Origin: Nitrospina sp.
GTDB taxonomy: Bacteria > Nitrospinota > Nitrospinia > Nitrospinales > JACRGP01
Length of the DNA: 64,000 bases
Direction: 5' to 3'
Assembly (NCBI GenBank): GCA_024648695.1
Contig: JACAVV010000009.1
Span: forward strand, 40,843-104,842
In this document: piece by piece, positions 54,473-63,624 of the stretch
Layout: each line of letters begins with the position of its first letter
Position numbering within the stretch: position 1 is the stretch's first letter
The notes under the pieces: model-generated
Databases searched by the model: none
What the model was told of the DNA's origin: nothing
Seen by the model: only the letters and a program-made list of their open reading frames with translations
Position numbers and translations under genes: made by a program

Positions 54473-56287
54473 TTAATCAAGTTCAAATTCTTCTTTCCAA
54501 TCGGTTTTTTCTTCCCAGGCAGGCTGCTGTTTTTTATCCAATACGAGGTTTTCCAAAACCAAGAAATCCATTTCCGTACGCATGAAACAACGATACGCAT
54601 CTTCCGGCGTGCATACAATGGGTTCGCCTCGCACATTGAAAGAGGTGTTGATAAGCACAGGACAATCCGTTTCCTTATTGAATCCATCAATCAATTCATA
54701 ATACAAAGGATTGGTTTCCCGCTCCACAGTTTGAACGCGGGCCGAGTAATCCACATGCGTGATAGCAGGAATTTTGGACCGGGGAATGTTCAGCAAGTCA
54801 ATACCAAACAGCTTCTTCTGCTCATCGGTCATCTCAATTTTTATCTCATCCCTAACCGAAGCTACCAAAAGCATGTAGGGGCTGTCTGCATCCATATCGA
54901 ACCATTCGCTCACCTTTTCCCGAAGGACCGAGGGCGCGAAAGGCCGAAACGATTCCCGATACTTGATCTTAAGGTTCATGGTCGACTGCATTTTCGAGCT
55001 TCTTGGGTCACCTAGAATACTGCGTCCTCCCAAAGCTCGCGGCCCGAACTCCATCCTCCCCTGAAACCAGCCGAGAACTTTGTCCTCAGACAAATTTTTT
55101 ACGAGTGTAGATATCAGTTCGCTTTGCGAATATTCCTGGTAGCTCGCGCCTATGCCGTCCAAATAGGATTTTATTTCTGCTGTTTTAAATGAAGGGCCGA
55201 GATAAGCTCCCTGCATCTGGTCCCTCCCATTGACATCACGCGGTTTATCCAATACCTGGTTCCAGGTGTAGAGAGCAATCCCCAGGGCGCTACCCGCATC
55301 GCCTGCGGCGGGTTGAATCCATAAGCGATCGAAGATTCCTTCCTTCAGGATTTTGCCGTTACCAACACAATTCAAGGCAACACCGCCAGACAAGCACAGG
55401 TGGTTTTTCCCGGTCATTTCTCTGACGTACCGGGACATGCGAAGCATGATCTCTTCAGTAACTGCCTGCAAAGAAGCGGCGATATCCATTTCTTTTTGAG
55501 TGAGTTTCGTTTCCGGTTGGCGCGCCGGCGTTTCGAACAATTCATCGAATTTACTATTCGTCATTGTCAGCCCGCCCAGATAATTGAAATAATCCATATT
55601 CATCCGAAAGGAACCATCCTCCTTCAAGTCGATGAGATGATCCTTTATCAACGAAACGTATTTGGGCTCTCCATAAGGAGCCAGTCCCATGACCTTGTAC
55701 TCTCCGCTATTGACCTTGAATCCCAGGTAATATGTAAAAGCGGAATAAAACAATCCCAGCGAGTGCGGAAAGCTCAGTTCTTTGAGCATTCGAATTTTGT
55801 TGCCCTCGCCCACACCAATACTGGAGGTAGCCCATTCCCCTACTCCATCCATAGTAAGGATGGCCGCTTCCTGAAAGGGCGAAGGGAAAAACGCGCTGGC
55901 GGCATGAGACTCATGATGCTCGGCAAAAATAACGGGTCCTGCAAAATTCAAGTGCTCTCGAATATTTTTTCGGGTCCAGAGCTTTTCTTTCAGCCAAACG
56001 GGAATGGCCTTCAAATAGGAAGACAAACCACTGGGAGCAACTCCCAAATAGGTTTCCAGAATCCGTTCAAACTTGATAAACGGCTTGTCGTAAAATCCCA
56101 CATAATCCAGATCCCTGGTGGTGATACTTCCGGCCTCAAGGCAGTACTCAATGGCTTTTGCGGGAAAGCCGGAATCGTGTTTCTTTCGTGTGAAGCGTTC
56201 TTCCTGTGCCGCGGCAATGATTTTACCATCCTGGACAAGACAAGCGGCAGAGTCGTGGTAAAACGCGGAGATGCCTAGAATATTCAT
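54473..56287 (-). CDS. NodU/CmcH-family carbamoyltransferase
   Basis: MNILGISAFYHDSAACLV..G.IIAAAQEERFTR, HHESHAASAF, LSGGVALNCV, FRPFAPSV, TSFNVRGEPIVCTPEDA. Confidence 0.9.
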   Translation of the reverse strand: MNILGISAFYHDSAACLVQDGKIIAAAQEERFTRKKHDSGFPAKAIEYCLEAGSITTRDLDYVGFYDKPFIKFERILETYLGVAPSGLSSYLKAIPVWLKEKLWTRKNIREHLNFAGPVIFAEHHESHAASAFFPSPFQEAAILTMDGVGEWATSSIGVGEGNKIRMLKELSFPHSLGLFYSAFTYYLGFKVNSGEYKVMGLAPYGEPKYVSLIKDHLIDLKEDGSFRMNMDYFNYLGGLTMTNSKFDELFETPARQPETKLTQKEMDIAASLQAVTEEIMLRMSRYVREMTGKNHLCLSGGVALNCVGNGKILKEGIFDRLWIQPAAGDAGSALGIALYTWNQVLDKPRDVNGRDQMQGAYLGPSFKTAEIKSYLDGIGASYQEYSQSELISTLVKNLSEDKVLGWFQGRMEFGPRALGGRSILGDPRSSKMQSTMNLKIKYRESFRPFAPSVLREKVSEWFDMDADSPYMLLVASVRDEIKIEMTDEQKKLFGIDLLNIPRSKIPAITHVDYSARVQTVERETNPLYYELIDGFNKETDCPVLINTSFNVRGEPIVCTPEDAYRCFMRTEMDFLVLENLVLDKKQQPAWEEKTDWKEEFELD

Positions 56288-56352
56288 TTAGTAAACCTGT
56301 TATTATTTTGGTTTGGAATAATTCTGGATAAATAGAGGATTGGTATTTTAGC

Positions 56353-57867
56353 TTATGGAACCTTTAATAGTTTATACAGTTCCTGTCCTTGAGCCAATAG
56401 AACTTGCCAAGGCCCGCCATAATCCGGATGATCTATAAAGGTCGGAGATTCCATCAGGTATACATTATTCAAATGGAATAGTTCATCAAGTTCCGCTTTG
56501 GCAGATTCCCCATTTTTCTCCTTTAAAAACCTTTTGCTTTCCTCAATATGACGTTTCGCGGTTGAAGACGCTAATTCAAATGCCTTTCCCAAATTTTCAT
56601 TTTGGTATCGGGTAAGAATTTGATGCAATTGCCGGGCATGCAAGCGATTGTTGTTAATTCTGTCAAATTTTTCTCCCGGATCCGCATACAAATTATACAG
56701 ATGATGCTGAACAATGCCATCAATCCTTCTTTGCACCAGTTTCCAGTTTCCGGTCCTCACTGCATACAAGCGATTTTTCTTCTCGTCTTCCGGACATTGC
56801 CAGCCACAAAAGCTGGTTTCCACAAAGGCAAATTTATTTTGCCTTTCCTTTTCACCAAATACAAGAGGCAAAAGTGATTCACCCTGCACGTGTCCTGAAG
56901 GGGTCCGTCCCAAAATTTCAAAAAGAGTCGGCATGATGTCCACCTGCTGGACCTGATCCTTAATGTCGATTTTTTGTTGAATTCCCGGTATTTTGATCAA
57001 AAGAGGGACTCGGATGACTTCATCATAAACCGTAGCTTTCATGGAGGTGGAAGCGTGACCGATGAACCCGTGTTCCATCAACTCCTCACCATGATCGGCT
57101 GTAAGCACGACAATTGTTTTCTTCTCCAATCCGCTGGACTTCAAATATTCGAACACCGGTGCGAGCAGGCTGTCCTGATAAAGCACGTCTTCATCATACA
57201 AATCGGTGACAGGTTCTTTATCCTTTTCTTTCAGCGTGATTTTCTCTCGCGTCAGTTTTTCGTTGCCGGATAATAACTCCAAAACCGTTTTAGATAAAAC
57301 CGACGGATCCTTAAAAAACGACCCCTTAAAGGGTCTGGGCGCATTGTAAGGTAAATGCGGTTCGCGATAATGGTACCAGGCGAAGAATTTCTTATCACGG
57401 TACTTTTGTAAGGTTTGGATCAGCGCCCCTTTTTTTAACCCGTCCGTCCACCCCTGGTTTCCATAGTTTTGTTGCGTGTCGTATCCCAGGGTGATGTAAC
57501 CGTTTTGTTGAAGTTGCTTAATCGGTGTCCAGTTATACTTGTCGAAATACTTTCCTTTGGCATCCATTCCATGAACCGCTGGATACAATCCGGTAAAGAT
57601 GGAAATTATGGAAGGGCTGGTCCATGATGCCTGGCTGATGACTTGTGAAAACCTGGGTGAGTTAGAAAAAAATTTATCAATATTGGGAGTGGTCGGACGC
57701 GAATAGCCGTAAATTCCCATATGATCGGGGCGCAGGCAATCTACGGTGATCAGCAAAATATTGTAGTTCTGAATCTGTTCAGCAGAATGCGCGGCGGTGT
57801 GTCTGGGTCCCAACAGACCCAAAATACAAATCATCAAAGTCAGGACAAAGGGCAGGAGGCGAACCAT
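56353..57867 (-). CDS. Exported sulfatase-like hydrolase/transferase (alkaline-phosphatase superfamily)
   Basis: Signal peptide MVRLLPFVLTLMICILGLLG. ITVDCLRPDHMGIYGY is the metal-binding region. SWTSPSIISIFTGLYPAVHG occupies the position where FGly sulfatases carry C/S-x-P-x-R. ADHGE is present. The C/S-x-P-x-R motif is absent, so a Thr-nucleophile phospho/sulfo-transferase type is more likely than a true arylsulfatase. Confidence 0.75.
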   Translation of the reverse strand: MVRLLPFVLTLMICILGLLGPRHTAAHSAEQIQNYNILLITVDCLRPDHMGIYGYSRPTTPNIDKFFSNSPRFSQVISQASWTSPSIISIFTGLYPAVHGMDAKGKYFDKYNWTPIKQLQQNGYITLGYDTQQNYGNQGWTDGLKKGALIQTLQKYRDKKFFAWYHYREPHLPYNAPRPFKGSFFKDPSVLSKTVLELLSGNEKLTREKITLKEKDKEPVTDLYDEDVLYQDSLLAPVFEYLKSSGLEKKTIVVLTADHGEELMEHGFIGHASTSMKATVYDEVIRVPLLIKIPGIQQKIDIKDQVQQVDIMPTLFEILGRTPSGHVQGESLLPLVFGEKERQNKFAFVETSFCGWQCPEDEKKNRLYAVRTGNWKLVQRRIDGIVQHHLYNLYADPGEKFDRINNNRLHARQLHQILTRYQNENLGKAFELASSTAKRHIEESKRFLKEKNGESAKAELDELFHLNNVYLMESPTFIDHPDYGGPWQVLLAQGQELYKLLKVP

Positions 57868-57870
57868 GCG

Positions 57871-58923
57871 TTATAAACGTTTCATTTCTTCAAGGTCTGC
57901 ACGGATTTCAGGAAGTGATAACAGTAACCTTTCAATTTCTTCCATATTTAACTGGCGAGTGTTACTGGAAGTGTAATCTTCTAACATGGCTTCTTCTACC
58001 CTTCCCGTATCCAGGTATTTGCTGTAATTCAAATCACGGTCGTCCATTTTTATACGATAATAATCTCCCAGGTCCTCAGCCTTTCGAAGTTCCTCCGTGG
58101 TAGCTAGAGTTTCGTGGATTTTTTCTCCGTGGCGAATCCCTATAGTATTTAACTCCACGCTGGAATTGAAGATTTTTTTCAGAGCCAGAGCCAGATCGTG
58201 CACTGTGCAGGCCGGTGATTTCCGGATAAACAAATCTCCCTGCCGCGCATTCACCAGGGTGAACAAAAGCAAATCTATGGCGTTTTGAAGCGGGAGCAAA
58301 AACCGCGTCATGTGGGGAACCGTGATGGTGATAGGTTTTTTCTTTTTGATCTGGTTAACAAATAAAGGAATCACAGAGCCTCGGGAATACATCACGTTTC
58401 CGTACCTTAAGGTCGAGACCACCGTTTCATCCGGACCCAGTTTTCGTGCGAAAGATTGTGAGGTCCGTTCCATCAAGCCTTTGGTCATACCCATAGTGTT
58501 GACCGGATAAACGGCTTTGTCCGTACTCAGGCAAACCACACGCACCACCTTGTGATTTACAGCCGATTCCACCACATTTTGACTGCCCACCACGTTCGTG
58601 AGAACGGCTTCCATGGGGAAAAACTCACAGGACGGCACCTGCTTCAATGCGGCGGCGTGGAAAACCAGATCGACGTTTTTCATGGCGTTGTCGACGCTGT
58701 CGCGCGAACGCACATCGCCAAGATAGAATTTCACTTTGGGATTGCCCAACTGAATGCGCATCATCTCCTGCTTGAGCTCATCGCGGCTGAAAATGCGCAC
58801 TTCTTTAAAATCTGTATCTTTCAGAAAGCTCATCAAAGCGTTACCGAAGGACCCGGTGCCGCCGGTGATCAGTATCGTTTTTCCTTTAAATGCGTCCACG
58901 AAACGCCCTTTCCCGGTTTTCAC
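57871..58923 (-). CDS. UDP-N-acetylglucosamine 4,6-dehydratase family (CapE/FnlA/WbjB-like, CapD-type short form)
   Basis: KTILITGGTGSFGNA, RIFSRDELKQ, HAAALKQVPSCEFFPMEAV.TNV.G, VCLSTDKAVYPVN.MG, RYGNVM.SRGSVIPLF, MTRFL. Confidence 0.88.
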   Translation of the reverse strand: MKTGKGRFVDAFKGKTILITGGTGSFGNALMSFLKDTDFKEVRIFSRDELKQEMMRIQLGNPKVKFYLGDVRSRDSVDNAMKNVDLVFHAAALKQVPSCEFFPMEAVLTNVVGSQNVVESAVNHKVVRVVCLSTDKAVYPVNTMGMTKGLMERTSQSFARKLGPDETVVSTLRYGNVMYSRGSVIPLFVNQIKKKKPITITVPHMTRFLLPLQNAIDLLLFTLVNARQGDLFIRKSPACTVHDLALALKKIFNSSVELNTIGIRHGEKIHETLATTEELRKAEDLGDYYRIKMDDRDLNYSKYLDTGRVEEAMLEDYTSSNTRQLNMEEIERLLLSLPEIRADLEEMKRL

Positions 58924-59022
58924 TTGAGGTGGATGGATTTGAAACCGCTACTTCGCAACCTATAATAAACGGGAATCTGCAATGCAGACAAGCAAATATT
59001 CCCTCAACAATCTCAATGGATA

Positions 59023-60141
59023 TTACTGATTCGTTTTGATAAAAGAGAGAACATGATTAGGTATCCAGCCAACAAGAAAGCTGAACACGACAACGATAAC
59101 CGTGAAAATCCAGAAGGAGGCAGGTGAAAAGGTCACAAGCACATCATCCCGAGACACCGGGCTTTCATAGAAATGGCCTTCCGCTTTGGGTAACTCCGAC
59201 GCTATTTTTTTGACTTTATTTTCTGGCCATTTAAATCCGGCAAGGTGCAGAATTCCAGGAAAGTATTTTTCCAAAATGAGATTCTCTTTATATGCAACCA
59301 GCAATTTGCCCTTTTCTTTATAACGGTCGCGGCGAAACACATGAACCAGCACTTCCATCTTGTATTTATCCAGTGTTCTTTGATTTTTTAGATAGGAATG
59401 CATCTTTACCGGATACAATTCTTTTACACTTTGAACGTAGGAGTCGGTTAAATTCTGATTTTTGTAAATCAACTCTTCTATGGAATAATGCGAGTAAAAA
59501 TTTCCTGTTTCGTCATCTTTATGGAGGAAACCAAAATCTGAAACCGTCAAAATAAACGCGGCTAAAATGATGCTTCCCATTCCAACTCCAGCCCCCAATA
59601 GCCGCAAACCTGATCTATCCAGGGGGCATAGTTTAGGGCGAATGGTTTTGGCTATCAGGATAAGAGCTAGTGCGGAACTGCTTAAATTCAGATAAATATC
59701 CGGGAGCACCCCCACTCTCGATGGCAAATAAAACTGGACCCATTCGTCCAGGATTCCAATGACTCCCACCAATAGCCAGGTTAAAATATAAGCCGCCACA
59801 TTATTTATGCGTTTATTTATGGGCCGAAAATACAGCCAAGTAAGGATTCCGTATTCTGCCAGATGAATTTGCTCTACAACATTACTAATGATTGAAAGGA
59901 AATAAATATAAATTCCGACGATAACGATCAACCAAACCAGGCGTGAAAGCTTATGGCTTTTTTTGTCTGTTCCAATTTTGACAACCCATAAAAGAAAGGC
60001 CATTCCCAAAACGAACAAAAAACCCAGTTTCAATTTTTCCGATCCCAAAACATCGAAAACGGTTTTCCACCACCCGGAAACCACATTAAGGGTTGCAAAA
60101 ATAAAAACTGTAAAGGCCAGCGGCGGCCACCATAATTTCAT
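59023..60141 (-). CDS. Polytopic membrane protein with VanZ-like N-terminal region
   Basis: Multiple TM helices. GILDEWVQFYLPSRVGVLPDIYLNLSS resembles the VanZ motif (DE-x-x-Q-x-x-x-P-x-R-x-x-x-x-x-D-x-x-x-N). The C-terminal half is unassigned. Confidence 0.5.
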   Translation of the reverse strand: MKLWWPPLAFTVFIFATLNVVSGWWKTVFDVLGSEKLKLGFLFVLGMAFLLWVVKIGTDKKSHKLSRLVWLIVIVGIYIYFLSIISNVVEQIHLAEYGILTWLYFRPINKRINNVAAYILTWLLVGVIGILDEWVQFYLPSRVGVLPDIYLNLSSSALALILIAKTIRPKLCPLDRSGLRLLGAGVGMGSIILAAFILTVSDFGFLHKDDETGNFYSHYSIEELIYKNQNLTDSYVQSVKELYPVKMHSYLKNQRTLDKYKMEVLVHVFRRDRYKEKGKLLVAYKENLILEKYFPGILHLAGFKWPENKVKKIASELPKAEGHFYESPVSRDDVLVTFSPASFWIFTVIVVVFSFLVGWIPNHVLSFIKTNQ

Positions 60142-60256
60142 AAACTTATTTAATTACGTTTTGAGGTAACCTGCATAATTTGCAAGTTAATTTTTTGTTT
60201 CGGGAAGGTAATAATAAAACGTTTATCCCATTACCCTTCATTTAGGTGAGCCCCTT

Positions 60257-61108
60257 GTGAACCTGTCTATCCTAATAGTAAATTTTTACAGCAGTGCTTT
60301 CCTGAACACCTGTCTGGAATCGATTCAACAGAATGTCAAAAAAGGCACCTTGGAAATCATTGTGGTCAATAATAGTGTAGGCGATACCGGTTTTCCAGCA
60401 TTGATCGAAAGGTTTCCCCAGGCTCGATTTTTAAATAATGGCCACAATGTTGGGTTTGCTAAAGCCTGCAATCAAGCGGCAAGGTTAGCTAACGGGGACC
60501 ATTTTCTATTCCTCAATCCGGATATCGTGCTCACTCCAAACACGATTGAGCTAATGAGCGAATACCTGGCAAACCATCCTGAAGCAGGCGCTATCGGACC
60601 CAAAGTATTAAACACCGACGGGTCTTTGCAATTTTCCTGCAGAGGATTTCCGACATTTTGGACCGGACTGTTCAATCGCTATTCCCTTCTAACAAAATGG
60701 TTCCCGGAAAACCCATACTCCAGGCAATATCTGATGTTGGATTACGATCATGCTTATCTAAAGGAGGTGGACTGGATTTCTGGATGTTGTTTGATGATCG
60801 ACCGTAAAGTTTTTTTCGATATCGGCCAATTTGATGAAAACTATTTTCTATTCAATGAAGACGTGGATCTTTGTAAAACCTTAAAAAAATCGGGTTACAA
60901 AATCGTTTATTTTCCTGAAGGCCAGGTGACACATCATATTGGTTCCAGCGATAAAAGTTTAAATCCGGCGACCACAATAAAGCGCCACCTGGGAATGAGT
61001 TATTATTTTCGCAAACATCATAATAGTCCATTCCTCATTTCCGCTTTTGTTGATCTCATGATTGGACTACGCTGTTTGGCACAATTGGGCTACAGCTTGT
61101 TCCGGTAG
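60257..61108 (+). CDS. Family 2 glycosyltransferase
   Basis: LSILIVNFYSSAFLNTCLESI, VVNNSVGD, FLNPDIVL (DxD-like), GCCLMIDRKVF, FNEDVDLC. The ORF begins at a non-ATG start (GTG 60257). Confidence 0.8.
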   Translation: MNLSILIVNFYSSAFLNTCLESIQQNVKKGTLEIIVVNNSVGDTGFPALIERFPQARFLNNGHNVGFAKACNQAARLANGDHFLFLNPDIVLTPNTIELMSEYLANHPEAGAIGPKVLNTDGSLQFSCRGFPTFWTGLFNRYSLLTKWFPENPYSRQYLMLDYDHAYLKEVDWISGCCLMIDRKVFFDIGQFDENYFLFNEDVDLCKTLKKSGYKIVYFPEGQVTHHIGSSDKSLNPATTIKRHLGMSYYFRKHHNSPFLISAFVDLMIGLRCLAQLGYSLFR

Positions 61109-62061
61109 GGATCCAGCCATCCTTTTCCCATCACCCTCAAAAGATCCTGGTTGGATACCGTTCGACAAGCTTGGATCGTTTTTCTCGCTCTAACAAATTT
61201 TGGAAGATTTATTAGAGCGTCCCACTTGGCTTTCCAGATAGCCCCCGCTTTTCCCTGCAAGGAAAACCACAGGAGTGAGGCGATACAAGACAACAAAAGT
61301 TGGGGAAGGTATTTTAACAACATCCTGGCAGGCATGTTTTTAAAGTAGGTCCAAATCCGGTTACGGTGTCCGTGATAAATTGAAAACGGACTCCTTTTGC
61401 CTGAATATGCCGACCCCACATGCGAAACCACCGCATTGGCAATGTACATGCAACGATGCCCTTTCAACCTTAAGCGGAAAGCCAGATCCACATCCTCAAA
61501 ATACATAAAGAATGACTCGTCGAATCCTCCGGCCTCAAGATAGTCCTTTCGACGATATAAAGCGGAGGCACCGCAGGGTCCAAAAACTTCGCGATCCTTT
61601 AAGCCGAAATCCGCAGAAGGTTTCCCATGATGTTCTCTCCAGGCCAAACCGCAAACATGATAAACATCACCAGTCCCATCCAGTTTTGATGGATCGTGGA
61701 AATCCAACATGCGGGTTCCAAAAAAACTGAATTCAGTATTCTGTTCAGCCGCCCGCATAAGGGTTTCCAACCAGGTGGGTTCGGGAACCGCATCCGGATT
61801 CAGTAAAGCGATCCAGACACATCCTTCACTTTTTTCCACTCCGATATTGCTCGCACGGGCGAAGCCTGTATTGCTTCCCAATTTTACAAGCTCTATTTCT
61901 GGCCATTCGGTTTCGAAATGGGCCAAGGATCCATCGGTACTGTGGTTATCCACCAAAATCACTTTAAAATCCTTGCAAGTTTGATTTTTTAATCCCAATA
62001 GGCATTGAGATAAATAGTGGCCGGGATTCCAGGTGACGATAATGACAGCAACTTTACTCAA
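61090..62061 (-). CDS. Family 2 glycosyltransferase (rhamnosyltransferase-like)
   Basis: VAVIIVTWNPGHYLSQCLLGL, VDNHSTDGS, LLNPDAV, GASALYRRKDY, YFEDVDLAFR. It converges on and overlaps the neighbouring GT2 gene by 19 nt. Confidence 0.82.
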   Translation of the reverse strand: MSKVAVIIVTWNPGHYLSQCLLGLKNQTCKDFKVILVDNHSTDGSLAHFETEWPEIELVKLGSNTGFARASNIGVEKSEGCVWIALLNPDAVPEPTWLETLMRAAEQNTEFSFFGTRMLDFHDPSKLDGTGDVYHVCGLAWREHHGKPSADFGLKDREVFGPCGASALYRRKDYLEAGGFDESFFMYFEDVDLAFRLRLKGHRCMYIANAVVSHVGSAYSGKRSPFSIYHGHRNRIWTYFKNMPARMLLKYLPQLLLSCIASLLWFSLQGKAGAIWKAKWDALINLPKFVRARKTIQACRTVSNQDLLRVMGKGWLDPYRNKL

Positions 62062-62326
62062 TGAAACGATCCAAAAAAACAGGGTTGAATTGAATACCCA
62101 TTGAAAAAGAAAACATTATTAAAATTTTACCATTCGAAAGTTTACCCGGAAATCAGCGATGCCTTGACCTGAACAAGGAGAAAGTACTTGTTTCCCAAAG
62201 GGATAACCGATAGTATCTTCTTCAACATGACTCATCCATTTTACGATTTCGAGAGACTATCCAGTCGTTTATAATAAAACAGTCCATCTATCTTAAACCA
62301 GAAAACGCTCCTCACCCATTAATTTT

Positions 62327-62920
62327 ATGAATAACATCGATAAATCTCCTAATGCAAATTATTCCAATCGCGAAGAATTATTTAAACAAAAGGGAACTAT
62401 CATCTGGTTTACCGGATTGTCAGGAGCAGGCAAGACTACCTTGTCTTTGGCGCTTGAGAAAGAGTTATTGAATCAAGGGGCTATTGTTTATGTTCTAGAT
62501 GGCGATTTGATTCGGAATGGATTGAACTCGGATTTGGGTTTTTCTGAAGAAGACAGACAGGAAAACATTCGAAGGATCGGAGAAGTGGCAAAATTGTTCG
62601 CGGATGCGGCGTTTATAGTTATAGTCGCGTTTATATCTCCATTCAGGGAGGGCCGGGACAGAATTCGCAACACCTTGGAACCGGGTAGATTCGTTGAAGT
62701 TTTTGTAGATTGCCCTTTGGAAATTTGTGAGGAAAGAGATACCAAAGGACTGTATAAAAAAGCTCGAAAAGGAGAAATCAAGGATTTTACCGGAATTTCA
62801 TCGCCCTACAATCCCCCCTATAAACCCGAAGTTCATTTACATACGGAAAGAGAATCTGTGGATGAAAGTTTACAAAAAATCCTGCAACATTTACACGAAT
62901 CCGGAATGTTTCTGAGTTAA
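62327..62920 (+). CDS. cysC: Adenylyl-sulfate (APS) kinase
   Basis: GTIIWFTGLSGAGKTT (P-loop), LDGD.IR.GLN.DLGFS..DR.ENIRR, FISP, VDCPLE.CE.RD.KGLYKKAR.GEI..FTGI. Confidence 0.93.
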   Translation: MNNIDKSPNANYSNREELFKQKGTIIWFTGLSGAGKTTLSLALEKELLNQGAIVYVLDGDLIRNGLNSDLGFSEEDRQENIRRIGEVAKLFADAAFIVIVAFISPFREGRDRIRNTLEPGRFVEVFVDCPLEICEERDTKGLYKKARKGEIKDFTGISSPYNPPYKPEVHLHTERESVDESLQKILQHLHESGMFLS

Positions 62921-62962
62921 AAAAGTAAAGGATAATCACATACTTATTTTCACAGCACCTTT

Positions 62963-63526
62963 ATGGAAAACTTAATAGAATCCGTATTTAGTGAAAGCCA
63001 GAGGATTTTGAAAGCCACCCTGGAAGCACACCAGGAGACGATCAAAGTATCCCTTAGTCGGTGCATTAAAAGTTTGAAAGAAGGGGGTACCATATTTTGG
63101 GCTGGAAACGGAGGAAGCGCCGCAGACGCACAACATATGGCTGCAGAACTTGTAGGCCGATACAAGAAAAACAGAAAATCCCTTCGCAGTATCGCTCTGA
63201 CGGTTGACACCTCGGCTTTAACGGCCATCGGCAATGATTTTGGGTTTGATAAAGTTTTTTCTAGGCAGTTGGAGGGATTGGGGGAAAAGGGAGATATCCT
63301 GATCGCCATTTCAACCAGCGGAAATTCGGCTAACATTCTTGAAGTTGCAAAGAAAGCAAACGAGTTAGGCCTACATGTCATCGCTTTAACGGGAGAAACA
63401 GGAGGCAAGTTGCGAGATGTGTGTCATACCTTAATCAATGTCCCCAGTTTAAATACTCCCAGAATTCAGGAAACTCATTTAATCATCGAACACACGCTCT
63501 GCGAAGGAATCGATTCGGCTTTTTAA
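62963..63526 (+). CDS. gmhA: D-sedoheptulose-7-phosphate isomerase (SIS domain)
   Basis: AGNGGSAADAQHMAAELVGRY, ALT.D.S.LTAIGND.GF..VF.RQ, ISTSGNS.N, IALTG..GG.L, and a conserved H near the C-terminus (IQETHL). Confidence 0.9.
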   Translation: MENLIESVFSESQRILKATLEAHQETIKVSLSRCIKSLKEGGTIFWAGNGGSAADAQHMAAELVGRYKKNRKSLRSIALTVDTSALTAIGNDFGFDKVFSRQLEGLGEKGDILIAISTSGNSANILEVAKKANELGLHVIALTGETGGKLRDVCHTLINVPSLNTPRIQETHLIIEHTLCEGIDSAF

Positions 63527-63624
63527 CTCTGTCCAAACCTGAAAGTCCCTTTCTTTTTAAGAAAAAGTTTCTATTTCTCAAAAATGAAATCATATCTGAT
63601 ATTCCAATTCAAACTTCAGCAAGA

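Noticed and set aside
55400-56278. 292-aa plus-strand ORF
   Set aside because: It is antisense to the NodU-like carbamoyltransferase and has no motifs. It is a shadow ORF.
62327-62920. Interpreting cysC together with the neighbouring 'sulfatase' as a sulfation/desulfation pair
   Set aside because: The sulfatase-like protein lacks the C/S-x-P-x-R formylglycine motif and no sulfotransferase is visible in the window. The link is therefore not supported. Only the weaker idea of PAPS supply to an unseen sulfotransferase is retained.
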